In this document: one piece after another, positions 46,168 through 55,763 of the stretch
How positions within the stretch are numbered: position 1 is the first letter of the stretch
How the letters are laid out: each line of letters begins with the position of its first letter
Source: a bacterium
GTDB taxonomy: Bacteria; Patescibacteriota; Dojkabacteria; JAOAGR01; JBAXGO01
Reading direction: 5' to 3'
Length of the DNA stretch: 64,000 nucleotides
NCBI GenBank assembly: GCA_037139335.1
Contig: JBAXGO010000002.1
Coordinates: 851-64,850, forward strand
Translations under genes and position numbers: made by a program
The notes under the pieces: model-generated
Seen by the model: the letters and a program-made list of their open reading frames with translations, nothing else
Databases searched by the model: none
Told to the model about the DNA's origin: nothing

Positions 46168-47895
46168 ATGAATTATTATACATATACAATCAAGCTTATC
46201 TTTGGATATATAAGTAAATACCCATCTTTTTGGTTTTGGATATTTTGCAGAATTGTATATGTAGTTATGATAATTTCGGCTCCGGTATTATTAGGTACAA
46301 TTATAAATATTTTAGCAAATAATTCTAATTCAATAAGTGATCTACAATGGCCATTAATTGCATACATTATTTTAACAGTCTCTATCCCAATAATTGACAT
46401 TTATACAATTTTCAAAGGATGGGTAATAGGTTTCAAGATAGCTAATGATTTCAGACAAGATCTTGTACATAAATTAAGATTTGCTGGATTAGATTATTGG
46501 CAAGACCAAAAAAAAGGGAATGTATTACGAATAATTGATAAATCATACGAAAGTATGAGTCACATATGCGGTCTAATGATTCATGCATATCTGCCAATGG
46601 TAGGAAAATTAATTGGTATTCTAGTAGTTAGCGCATTTATTACTCCATTCACACTACTTATTTTTGCTTTAGATATTTTAATTTTTGCACTTAATTTAAT
46701 TTATCTATCAAAAAAACAAAGTAAGGCTGGTGTTATAGAAAATATTTCTCAAGAAAATGTGAACGGCAGTATCAATGAATATATTCAAAATTATAAAACA
46801 GTAGTTTATCTCAATATGTATGATAAACAAGAAACTGAGATTTTGAAAAAAAATAATATGTCATTTAAGAAATATTATATTAGAGAAAAATTATCAATGT
46901 GGAAATGGTTTAATAACAATATGATCCATAGCATAGCATTAGGAATAATTCTGATATATGGAATTACACAAGTATTTGATGGAAATTTAACCATAGGAGC
47001 TCTTACAACATTAATGCTTTTTAGTTCTTCATTTTCTGAAAGTTTAAGTAACATTGTGTGGAATTCTCAAGAATTTATTAAATATGTCAATTATATTCAA
47101 AGATATCATGAAGTATTTTCTAATATTAATAATAACAAAAGAATTACAAATGATAATGAAAAAATAATTTTTTTCCATTCATTAATTTCTAAAAATTTAT
47201 CTTATGAACGAAAGGGATATGACGCCCTCTCAAATATAGATTTCAATATTAAAAGTGGTGAGAAAGTAGCAATTGTTGGTTATACAGGCAGTGGTAAATC
47301 CACCATGTTGGATATTTTATTAAAAGTGATTACAAAATACAAAGGCGATATCTTCATTAATGACATAAATTATAATGATCTTGACGTAGATAATATTACT
47401 GGGATTTTTAGCATCGTTCCTCAAGATGTACAGTTATTCAGAGATAGTATAAAAAATAATATATTTATATCAGGTATAAATATTGAAGAAAACCATGATA
47501 ATTTAATTAAAATATCATGCCTAGAGCCATTAATAAAAAGATTAAAAAAGGGCATTGACAGTCGAATTACAGAAGGTTCAATAAATGTATCAGGTGGAGA
47601 AAGACAACGCATTGGTATAGCTAGGGCTTTGGCTCAAAATAGACCAGTCTTAATTCTAGATGAAGCTACAGCAAGCTTAGATCCTAAGACAGAAAGAGCG
47701 GTTATTACAAATATTATAGATTCTTATCCAAATATTACACTAATTTATGTCACACATAAATATTTTTTATTAAATTATTTTGATCATATTCTAGTACTAA
47801 ATGAAGGAAAAATAGTGGAGCAGGGGAGTTTCGAGGAATTAAAGCAAAGGGGTGGATTATTTTTAGATTTATACACAGCTAGTAAAACGGAATGA
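46168..47895 (+). CDS. ABC exporter, fused permease/ATPase (type I exporter half-transporter)
   Basis: 6 TM, then Walker A GYTGSGKST, signature SGGERQRIGIARAL and Walker B ILDEATASLD. Confidence 0.8.
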   Translation: MNYYTYTIKLIFGYISKYPSFWFWIFCRIVYVVMIISAPVLLGTIINILANNSNSISDLQWPLIAYIILTVSIPIIDIYTIFKGWVIGFKIANDFRQDLVHKLRFAGLDYWQDQKKGNVLRIIDKSYESMSHICGLMIHAYLPMVGKLIGILVVSAFITPFTLLIFALDILIFALNLIYLSKKQSKAGVIENISQENVNGSINEYIQNYKTVVYLNMYDKQETEILKKNNMSFKKYYIREKLSMWKWFNNNMIHSIALGIILIYGITQVFDGNLTIGALTTLMLFSSSFSESLSNIVWNSQEFIKYVNYIQRYHEVFSNINNNKRITNDNEKIIFFHSLISKNLSYERKGYDALSNIDFNIKSGEKVAIVGYTGSGKSTMLDILLKVITKYKGDIFINDINYNDLDVDNITGIFSIVPQDVQLFRDSIKNNIFISGINIEENHDNLIKISCLEPLIKRLKKGIDSRITEGSINVSGGERQRIGIARALAQNRPVLILDEATASLDPKTERAVITNIIDSYPNITLIYVTHKYFLLNYFDHILVLNEGKIVEQGSFEELKQRGGLFLDLYTASKTE

Positions 47896-48126
47896 AAAAT
47901 TTTTTAATAACAAGGGGACTTTTCTTTTTTGCATCAATAATTTCGTCAATGTTTTTTAGTTTTATATATTTCAAAATTCTAATAATCCCAAAACAGCTTT
48001 TATCTATAATTTAATTATTTGCATACTACTACCATTTTTCGCAGCCTTAGGTGCATATTTAGTACAGATTATGCCGAACTGTCATACCGCTGAGTGGCAT
48101 GATATATAAGTAATTATTTATAAAAC

Positions 48127-49437
48127 TTATAAATATCTAGATATAACAGACTTATTACATTCTTTAATTTTAGTTATCGGACCAGAATACAAAATTTGTC
48201 CACCGTCATCACCACCGCCAGGTCCCATATCAATTATCCAATCAGCACTTTTAATAATATCTAAATTATGTTCAATTACTAATACGCTATTACCAGCATC
48301 AACTATTTTATTAATTAAATTAATTATTTTTTCAATATCATGGAAGTGCAATCCCCTAGACGGTTCATCAAGTATAAAAAAGTTACCTTTGCTGCCCAAC
48401 TTACCCGCAATTTTTAATCTCTGAGCTTCACCGCCGGATAATGTAGTTACTGACCTATTTAAAGTTAGATAACCAAGTCCAAGCTGAATTAAAACATTTG
48501 TACCTTCAATAATAAATGGAATAATTTCAACAGCAAGTTTATGATCAATTTTTTTTATCTCATTATTTAAATCTATTAAAGATAAATTAATATAATAATT
48601 AATATTTTTTCCATTTAACAAAGACTTCAAAACATTTTTATTCAATCTAGATCCATGACATTCATTACATGTAACTTCAATCCTGTATTTATTATTCAAA
48701 TCTTTATTCAAATTTCGCTCATCCTTGCAACGATCTTCTAATTGTCTAATAATTCCTTTGAATGAGAAGCTTTGAACATAACCTTCGCCAGAGGTTAATA
48801 CTTCTTTGGGAGAGTAGAGAAGATAATTTAATTCATCAGCAGACATGGCATTAATTTTTTTATCCATATCTACCTTTTTCGTAGCTTTAATAATATTCCA
48901 ATATCTGCTTCCAGGTTTAAAATTTCTATGCTTACACGCTCCTTCATTTAATGTTTTATCAAAGTCAAATAATAATTTAGGATCAATAACATAATCGATA
49001 CCTCTACCAATGCATTTTCGACACATCCCCTCAGGATTATTAAAAGAAAAATTTCCTGCATCAAATTTTTCACTACCACATCTTGAGAATAATAGCCTAA
49101 TATAGGTATAAATATCTGTATAAGTTCCAATTGTAGATCTAATATTACCATGAAGACTTTTTTGATCTATCAAAATAGTAGGTGATAATCCACTTATTTT
49201 ATCAACTATAGGTTTATCCGGCCTTCTAAGAAATTTTGAAGCGTAACTGCCAATTGACTCAATATATTCTCTTTGTGCTTCTTCATGCAAGATATCAAAT
49301 GCTATAGTAGATTTTCCAGATCCCGACACACCGATAAAAGTAACAATTTTATTAAAAGGTATTTCCAAATCTATATTTTTCAAATTATGCTCTCTTGCAC
49401 CTTTAATGCTAATATTCATATGTACTAATCTATTCAA
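48127..49437 (-). CDS. Stand-alone single-module UvrA-like ABC ATPase (half-UvrA)
   Basis: 436 aa. GAREHNLKNIDLEIP, GVSGSGKST, Zn-finger-like CRKC...CNECHG, LSGGEAQRLK, ILDEPSRGLHFHD and VIEHNLDIIKSADWIIDMGPGGGDDGG all match one UvrA ABC module, closest to the C-terminal half of UvrA. Confidence 0.7.
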   Translation of the reverse strand: MNRLVHMNISIKGAREHNLKNIDLEIPFNKIVTFIGVSGSGKSTIAFDILHEEAQREYIESIGSYASKFLRRPDKPIVDKISGLSPTILIDQKSLHGNIRSTIGTYTDIYTYIRLLFSRCGSEKFDAGNFSFNNPEGMCRKCIGRGIDYVIDPKLLFDFDKTLNEGACKHRNFKPGSRYWNIIKATKKVDMDKKINAMSADELNYLLYSPKEVLTSGEGYVQSFSFKGIIRQLEDRCKDERNLNKDLNNKYRIEVTCNECHGSRLNKNVLKSLLNGKNINYYINLSLIDLNNEIKKIDHKLAVEIIPFIIEGTNVLIQLGLGYLTLNRSVTTLSGGEAQRLKIAGKLGSKGNFFILDEPSRGLHFHDIEKIINLINKIVDAGNSVLVIEHNLDIIKSADWIIDMGPGGGDDGGQILYSGPITKIKECNKSVISRYL

Positions 49438-49468
49438 GATTTTAATCTATTACGCTGCGTCACAGTCA

Positions 49469-50281
49469 ATGAATAATTATTTAACAGCGGGAGAATTCGC
49501 AAAACTCGCAAGAACTACAAAAAGAACAATTTTATTTTACGATGAGAAAGACATTTTGAAACCTTTTCAAAAAACGTCAAATAAATATAGATTTTATAAA
49601 TCAGAACAAATCCTTGATTTTCAAATTATTTCATTAATGAGAAGGTTAGGATTATCATTAGAAGATATAAGTGGTTATTTGAAAGAAAATTACAGTCTTC
49701 ATGATATTTTTCAGATTAAAAAAAAATCTATTGAAGAAGAAATAAATTTTCTGAATAATTCATTAATTAATATCGATGAGTATAATAAGAATCTTGAAGA
49801 AACTGGTTTTATAATTAAGCCAGAGATCAAAACGATCAATCCTTATGAAATTTATTATATTGTAAGGAAAGGATCCTACGCTGGTATTAAAGATTTTTGT
49901 TTTGAATTAAAGAATTATTTTTCTAAAATTTCGTCGAATGCAACATTTCTAACAATTTTTATTGAGCATGGATACAATCCCAAAGATTCAGAAATGAAGA
50001 TTGGAGTTATTAAAAACGAAGTAATGGAATTAAATGATGAAGGATCAAAAAAAGTAAAAAGTGAAAAATTCCCTCTGCACCAAGCTTTAACATATACATA
50101 CAAAGGTTCAGGTAGTTTATTATCTATTCATTGGAAATATCTCGAAGAATATCAAGCTGAAAAAGGAATTAAGGATAATGTACTGATTAGTCCACGAGAA
50201 TTATACTTAACAACATCATTAAATGGAGAGAGGGATGAGAACAAGCACATATTCGAGATACAAATACCAGTCAATAATTAA
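49469..50281 (+). CDS. MerR-family regulator with C-terminal GyrI-like (effector-binding) domain
   Basis: N-terminal LTAGEFAKLARTTKRTILFYDEKDIL HTH. Start set at MNNYL. Divergent from the half-UvrA gene. Confidence 0.65.
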   Translation: MNNYLTAGEFAKLARTTKRTILFYDEKDILKPFQKTSNKYRFYKSEQILDFQIISLMRRLGLSLEDISGYLKENYSLHDIFQIKKKSIEEEINFLNNSLINIDEYNKNLEETGFIIKPEIKTINPYEIYYIVRKGSYAGIKDFCFELKNYFSKISSNATFLTIFIEHGYNPKDSEMKIGVIKNEVMELNDEGSKKVKSEKFPLHQALTYTYKGSGSLLSIHWKYLEEYQAEKGIKDNVLISPRELYLTTSLNGERDENKHIFEIQIPVNN

Positions 50282-50593
50282 CATACATTCTATATAACTA
50301 TTTGGCGTAGCAGATATTATTTGTTTTATAATAAAAATATTTGAATTGAAATGAAACCTGTAAAAGATTTACCCGATGATATTAAGGAAGATATTGAAGC
50401 TGTAAAAGAGACTCAAACAGGACACAAATTTAACTATTTTTTATTATTTTTACTAATATCCTTCATTGCGATAGTAATTATATTAACTCTTGTTTTTTTC
50501 ATAAATAAATAATTTAGTAAAACACTTGAAATTTAGAAATAACTTTACATTTATTTCTAAAGTATTTATATTGTATACATTTAATATCTAAAA

Positions 50594-52564
50594 ATGTCAG
50601 ATAACGTAGAAAAAGTTGTTTCCGACGAAAATATTATTGTGAATGATGTGAATGATATAGAGAAAGAGAACATTTCTAATCCGCCTAGCGAAAATATAAT
50701 TCCTCAATTTTCACCTGACGTATTGCCTAGTAATAAAGCACCTTTAACACCACATAAAAAAAATATACTAACATTATCCATAATTGGTGGAACATTAGTT
50801 GTTTTGGCATCTGTTGCAGTAATACTCGCTATATTAATGACTAACAAAACTGTAAAAAAAGAAGATGTGATAATTTCGCCAACTACCAGTGTATATAGCC
50901 CTTATACTGAAGTAGTGTTTCCAACAGATATTAAAGTTACAGAGACTATTACACCTTCAAATACTCCAATCCCAGAGTCACTAAATTTAGGCAGTGTACC
51001 TGTTAAATTATTGGATAAACCTATAAGACTTTATAATATTAATGCATTCAAATATGTAAGTTCTAACGATTATCAAGGACCTGGTATGGGATATCCACCA
51101 GCAAATGTAGATATTGACTCTATAAATGAATATTACAAAATTGGTACTATTACAGATGGTGGATACAAAGATTATAATTTAATTTATACTTTCTCAAATG
51201 GTAGTTTTGGAACATCAAGTTTTCCAACATTAGAATTTGTAATGTTATCAAAAGACAATAAATTTATTGTTGCTAACTACATGAATTATTCATATACAGA
51301 CTCTGATGGAAAAACGATATCAAATGATTATCAAATTTTAGCTCCAAATAATTTTGGAGATTCAACATCAGAAATTAAAGATACTGAAATTTATAAAACT
51401 TTAAATAAAAGTAATATCTCTGTAAAAAAAATAAATTTTACAAATGCAACTATTACATCAATATCGGATCCTAGTTATTTCAAAGAATCAATGAAATCAG
51501 ACAATGGTGTGCAAATATATGTATCGAGTTCTGATATAAAAAGTCCCATATATACAAAAACGAAAGAAGGATTCTTCATGATTAATGGCTTTGCTCCAAA
51601 TTTTTATAGTAGTTCGGAACCACCAAACATTTCATGGACATTAGGAAATACTGGTAAAAATAAATATCAATATGATTATATTTCAATTGGTTCTTGCGGT
51701 ATGGGAAGTAATGGTATGGGAAGTTATGGCGTAGAAATTACAGATCTTTCAATGGATTTATTAAAACAAACCGGTACAACATCAGATAATGATCCTGTTT
51801 ATGAATTCAAAGATCCAAATGCTGATACATACACGAAAAAAATATATGTTGAAGATTATCCCAATATAAATAAATACAATACAATAACAGAAGATGATGC
51901 CTCATTATTGCCTTATAATGATTTTGTAAAATATCATCCTGTATTTTATTGGAAAGATCCTTTTGGAAGATTAATTAAATTTGCCAGCCGTGAATTCATA
52001 ATGACTGGAGGTTGTGCTAAACCAGCGGTATATTTATACCCAACAAAAGATACGAAAGTTAATGTAAAATTATCGATTGATGGTGCATTAACATATTCTG
52101 AACCAAGATATGATCAAGGATGGAATGTATTAGCCAAACCAAACGGCGATTTAGTAATTAATGATAAAACATTTGATTATTTATTTTGGGAAGGTAAATT
52201 CAACACGAATTTTGAAAATTTAAATAATGGATGGGTTATTCTGAAATCTGATGTAAAAATATTCCTAGCACAGAAATTAGACGAATTGGGATTTAATGAG
52301 AAAGAAAAAGCTCAATTTCTAGAATATTGGATTCCTCGATTAGATAAAGAAAATAATAAATATATATATATAAATTTTGTTGATGAAAAATTCTTGGACA
52401 GATATGCTCCATTAACTATCACTCCAAAACCAGAAAATTATAAACGTTACTTCATGCTATATAGAGGTGAGGATAGTGAAAGAAAAACTACTGAGCCTGT
52501 ACTAAGTAAAGTAAATAGAAGTGGATTCTTCATGTTTGAATGGGGTGGAGCGAGAATTAATTAA
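50594..52564 (+). CDS. Large membrane-anchored extracytoplasmic protein
   Basis: 656 aa. N-terminal acidic segment, one TM, Tyr/Asn-rich extracellular region with a GMGSNGMGSYG duplication. Confidence 0.5.
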   Translation: MSDNVEKVVSDENIIVNDVNDIEKENISNPPSENIIPQFSPDVLPSNKAPLTPHKKNILTLSIIGGTLVVLASVAVILAILMTNKTVKKEDVIISPTTSVYSPYTEVVFPTDIKVTETITPSNTPIPESLNLGSVPVKLLDKPIRLYNINAFKYVSSNDYQGPGMGYPPANVDIDSINEYYKIGTITDGGYKDYNLIYTFSNGSFGTSSFPTLEFVMLSKDNKFIVANYMNYSYTDSDGKTISNDYQILAPNNFGDSTSEIKDTEIYKTLNKSNISVKKINFTNATITSISDPSYFKESMKSDNGVQIYVSSSDIKSPIYTKTKEGFFMINGFAPNFYSSSEPPNISWTLGNTGKNKYQYDYISIGSCGMGSNGMGSYGVEITDLSMDLLKQTGTTSDNDPVYEFKDPNADTYTKKIYVEDYPNINKYNTITEDDASLLPYNDFVKYHPVFYWKDPFGRLIKFASREFIMTGGCAKPAVYLYPTKDTKVNVKLSIDGALTYSEPRYDQGWNVLAKPNGDLVINDKTFDYLFWEGKFNTNFENLNNGWVILKSDVKIFLAQKLDELGFNEKEKAQFLEYWIPRLDKENNKYIYINFVDEKFLDRYAPLTITPKPENYKRYFMLYRGEDSERKTTEPVLSKVNRSGFFMFEWGGARIN

Positions 52565-52586
52565 CTTTTATAAGTTATAAATTTTA

Positions 52587-52614
52587 AGAGGGATGAAAAA
52601 GTCCCTCTTTTTTT
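52587..52614 (+). terminator. Intrinsic terminator
   Basis: AGAGGGA-TGAAAAAG-TCCCTCT hairpin followed by T7. Confidence 0.65.
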
Positions 52615-52789
52615 ACAATAAAGTTCACTTTTTTTATCATACGCTATTTTTTCCCCATATCTATTACATTATTATAGTGCTATACTCTCGTCAATATATT
52701 GAAAAAGATAGTATGGTATAATCTATATATCCACGTTATATAAATATATGTGGTGTTGGTACAGTGGTCTTATTTCACTGAAAAATCCC

Positions 52790-53980
52790 ATGAATAATAA
52801 AAAGGTTAACTATACAAGTTTCCTCAACGAAAAAGAAAAGGCTGTCAGAAGTATTTACATCAGTAGTTATATCCCTAGAAAGTGTGGTATAGCCACATTT
52901 ACAAAAGATTTAACTAATGCCATTAATCACCAAAATCCTGAAGCCATAGCGGAAATTATTGCATTAAATGACAATGGTGAAAATTATGACTATCCATGGG
53001 AAGTAAAATATAGAATTAGTCAGAATAATCCAGAAGATTATATTTCCGCATGTAATTATATTAATCAATCCTCTGCAGATATTGTAAATTTGCAGCATGA
53101 ATTTGGACTATTTGGCGGTGTAGATGGTGATTATATATTACCAATGATCGATATGTTAGAAAAAAAGCTAGTATCGTGTTTTCATAGCATTTTACAAGAA
53201 CCAGACGAACATAAAAAATATATTATAAAAAGAATTATAGAAAAATCAGAAGCTGTTATCGCAATGAGTGAAAATAGTAGACAAATATTGATTAATGTAT
53301 ATGATTGTCCTGAAGAAAAAGCAGTATTAATTTATCACGGCGTTCCGGATTTCACTTTTGAAGATACAATTAAATATAAGGAAAGATTAAATATCGAGAC
53401 AGAAAGGATGCTTCTTATGTCAGGATTATTGGGACCTGGTAAAGGAATTGAATATGTTATTAACTCTATGCCAAAAATTATCGAGATTTTTCCAAATACT
53501 AAATTTTATATTGTTGGTCAGACTCATCCATCATTATTAAGATCCGAAAAAGAAGCATATAGAGAGAAATTACAAGAAATAATTGAAGAATTAAATTTAT
53601 CAAATAATATAATCTTTATAAATAAATATTTAACTCTTGAAGAATTAAAAGATTATTATCTTGCGGCAGATATTTTTTTGACACCTCATTTAGATCCACA
53701 ACAACCAACATCAGGAACATTGGCATATGCACTGGGAGCAGGAAAGATTTGTATTTCAACACCATATAATTACGCTAAAGAAATGTTGGCCAATGGTACA
53801 GGCATCATAGTTCAATTCAAAAATTCGGATGATATTTCGAAATCGGTAATAGAAGTTTTTTCAGATAACGCTTTGTATAACAAATATCGAAATAGTTCAT
53901 TCCAATTGGGTAAACAAATGCAGTGGCCGCGTGTAGCAAGAAGAAATCTGAATTTATTCAGATTTATTTCTGAAAATTAA
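52790..53980 (+). CDS. GT4-family (GT-B) glycosyltransferase
   Basis: C-terminal E-x7-E-type region (LAADIFLTPHLDPQQPTSGTLAYALGAGKICIST). Start moved to MNNKK. Confidence 0.65.
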   Translation: MNNKKVNYTSFLNEKEKAVRSIYISSYIPRKCGIATFTKDLTNAINHQNPEAIAEIIALNDNGENYDYPWEVKYRISQNNPEDYISACNYINQSSADIVNLQHEFGLFGGVDGDYILPMIDMLEKKLVSCFHSILQEPDEHKKYIIKRIIEKSEAVIAMSENSRQILINVYDCPEEKAVLIYHGVPDFTFEDTIKYKERLNIETERMLLMSGLLGPGKGIEYVINSMPKIIEIFPNTKFYIVGQTHPSLLRSEKEAYREKLQEIIEELNLSNNIIFINKYLTLEELKDYYLAADIFLTPHLDPQQPTSGTLAYALGAGKICISTPYNYAKEMLANGTGIIVQFKNSDDISKSVIEVFSDNALYNKYRNSSFQLGKQMQWPRVARRNLNLFRFISEN

Positions 53981-53983
53981 ATT

Positions 53984-54946
53984 ATGAAAGATGATGTTAC
54001 AAAATATTTAGAGTTATTAACCGATGATTTTGGAGTATGGCAACATGCGGATAAATACAATATTTTGAAAGAAGAAGGTTATGCACTGGATGATTCAGCT
54101 CGTGCTTTAATAGTATTTTTGTATTATAAAAAATTTGAAAAAGCATCAGTATGTTTAAAATATATTGAAAATTCAATCATAAATAATAGATTAGTTTTAT
54201 ATTTTAATAAAGAAAGAAAACCTATTTTAGAATCTACTTCTCTTGATGCCCAAGGATTAGCTTTGTGGGCATTAACTTTTTCGATGAGTTCAAATTTTGA
54301 AGTGGTAAAATGTTTATCTTTATATAATTTAATCAATAAAGATGTTTTGGACAATACAGAATATGTCAGGCCAATAGCTTATTATTTATTAAGTTCAATA
54401 TATTTAAATTCAAAAGATAAAGCGGATATTAGCTTAAATAAGTTAATAGAGAAATTTGATTTTAAAAACGGCTGGTTTGAAAATAAACTAATTTATGCGA
54501 ATGCCGTTATTCCATTTTCGTTGATTTCTTACTGTCATCATTTCAATATTCAAGATGAAAATTTATTTACAATAATTTTACAATCCATATCGATACTAGA
54601 AAAGAACATGAGAATTGGGATAATACCTGCACCTGTCGGCAATAGGATATGGCAAGATATTGGCTCTGTTACTAAAGATATCTATGGTCAACAACCTATA
54701 GATGTAGCATTTATGGTTTTGTTATTAGTAAAAGCTTATAAATTTTTTAACGATACTATTTTTTTAACAAAGGCTGAAGAGTGGATGAGCTGGTTTTATG
54801 GAAATAATATTTTACACGAATTAATAATCAGCTGTGACGGATCTTGTTATGATGGGATTGAAGAATTCGGTGTTAATACACATAAAGGTGCTGAATCAAC
54901 AATAATGTATCTATGGGCGAAATATTATTTTGATAATGCTTATTAA
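53984..54946 (+). CDS. Hypothetical protein, possibly alpha/alpha-toroid glycosidase-like
   Basis: 320 aa, follows the GT4 gene by 4 nt. Weak resemblance only. Confidence 0.3.
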   Translation: MKDDVTKYLELLTDDFGVWQHADKYNILKEEGYALDDSARALIVFLYYKKFEKASVCLKYIENSIINNRLVLYFNKERKPILESTSLDAQGLALWALTFSMSSNFEVVKCLSLYNLINKDVLDNTEYVRPIAYYLLSSIYLNSKDKADISLNKLIEKFDFKNGWFENKLIYANAVIPFSLISYCHHFNIQDENLFTIILQSISILEKNMRIGIIPAPVGNRIWQDIGSVTKDIYGQQPIDVAFMVLLLVKAYKFFNDTIFLTKAEEWMSWFYGNNILHELIISCDGSCYDGIEEFGVNTHKGAESTIMYLWAKYYFDNAY

Positions 54947-55029
54947 TGGGAAATTATTATCTCATACTTACAACAGAGCTTTATTTTATATTGATATTCA
55001 TTATGTATAGAATTTACTAAGTCTACAAA

Positions 55030-55605
55030 TTAATAATTTAAAGAAAGTGCTTTTAGAAATGATATCCTATAACTTTCATCTTTTTCTCTAACTTCAATTA
55101 CATGTCGTGGCAAATCAATATAGATATATACTTCACCGTATTCGTCTAAATTTTTATAATTTGTAAATAGCTTAATATTAATACGCCTTTTTTCAAATTC
55201 AATTTTATTTGATTCCATTGGTAACGCAGTAAAACTAGCACCGTCTTTAAATATCAAATTATATCTTTGTAAACCATATATTTTGCTAATTGCATTGATA
55301 AATAAATCACTCATTTTTCCATATGAATGAAATGCTACACCATTTTGACAAAAAGATTTCTTTCTTACAGAATCATAAGCGAAACCAGCAGTCAATTTAC
55401 TATTGATGGATAAATTAAGCCCAACATCATTACCGTCGAATTTTCCTACTGTATCAAATGAGTAAGTTCCATCCGAATATTTATGATAAGCATTTATTTT
55501 CAGAATAAAATCTGACATATTACTATCACATATATTAGGAATTTCAGTATCGGGGAATTTTATGCACACTGGTTTTTTGTATAACTTCACACCCAGCATA
55601 GGCAT
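55030..55605 (-). CDS. Hypothetical protein
   Basis: 191 aa. Confidence 0.35.
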   Translation of the reverse strand: MPMLGVKLYKKPVCIKFPDTEIPNICDSNMSDFILKINAYHKYSDGTYSFDTVGKFDGNDVGLNLSINSKLTAGFAYDSVRKKSFCQNGVAFHSYGKMSDLFINAISKIYGLQRYNLIFKDGASFTALPMESNKIEFEKRRINIKLFTNYKNLDEYGEVYIYIDLPRHVIEVREKDESYRISFLKALSLNY

Positions 55606-55763
55606 TCAGTTTAAGTACTTGGAATAATACACCTGATTATTTTTTTCTTCAAATATAAATATAGTAAATATATTATAGGATAAAAAATTAGTCATTATTA
55701 GCATAGCTTTTTTGAAAAAGATTCGCATTATTAGTACGAAATCTTTTCTATAAGCTATATAAA

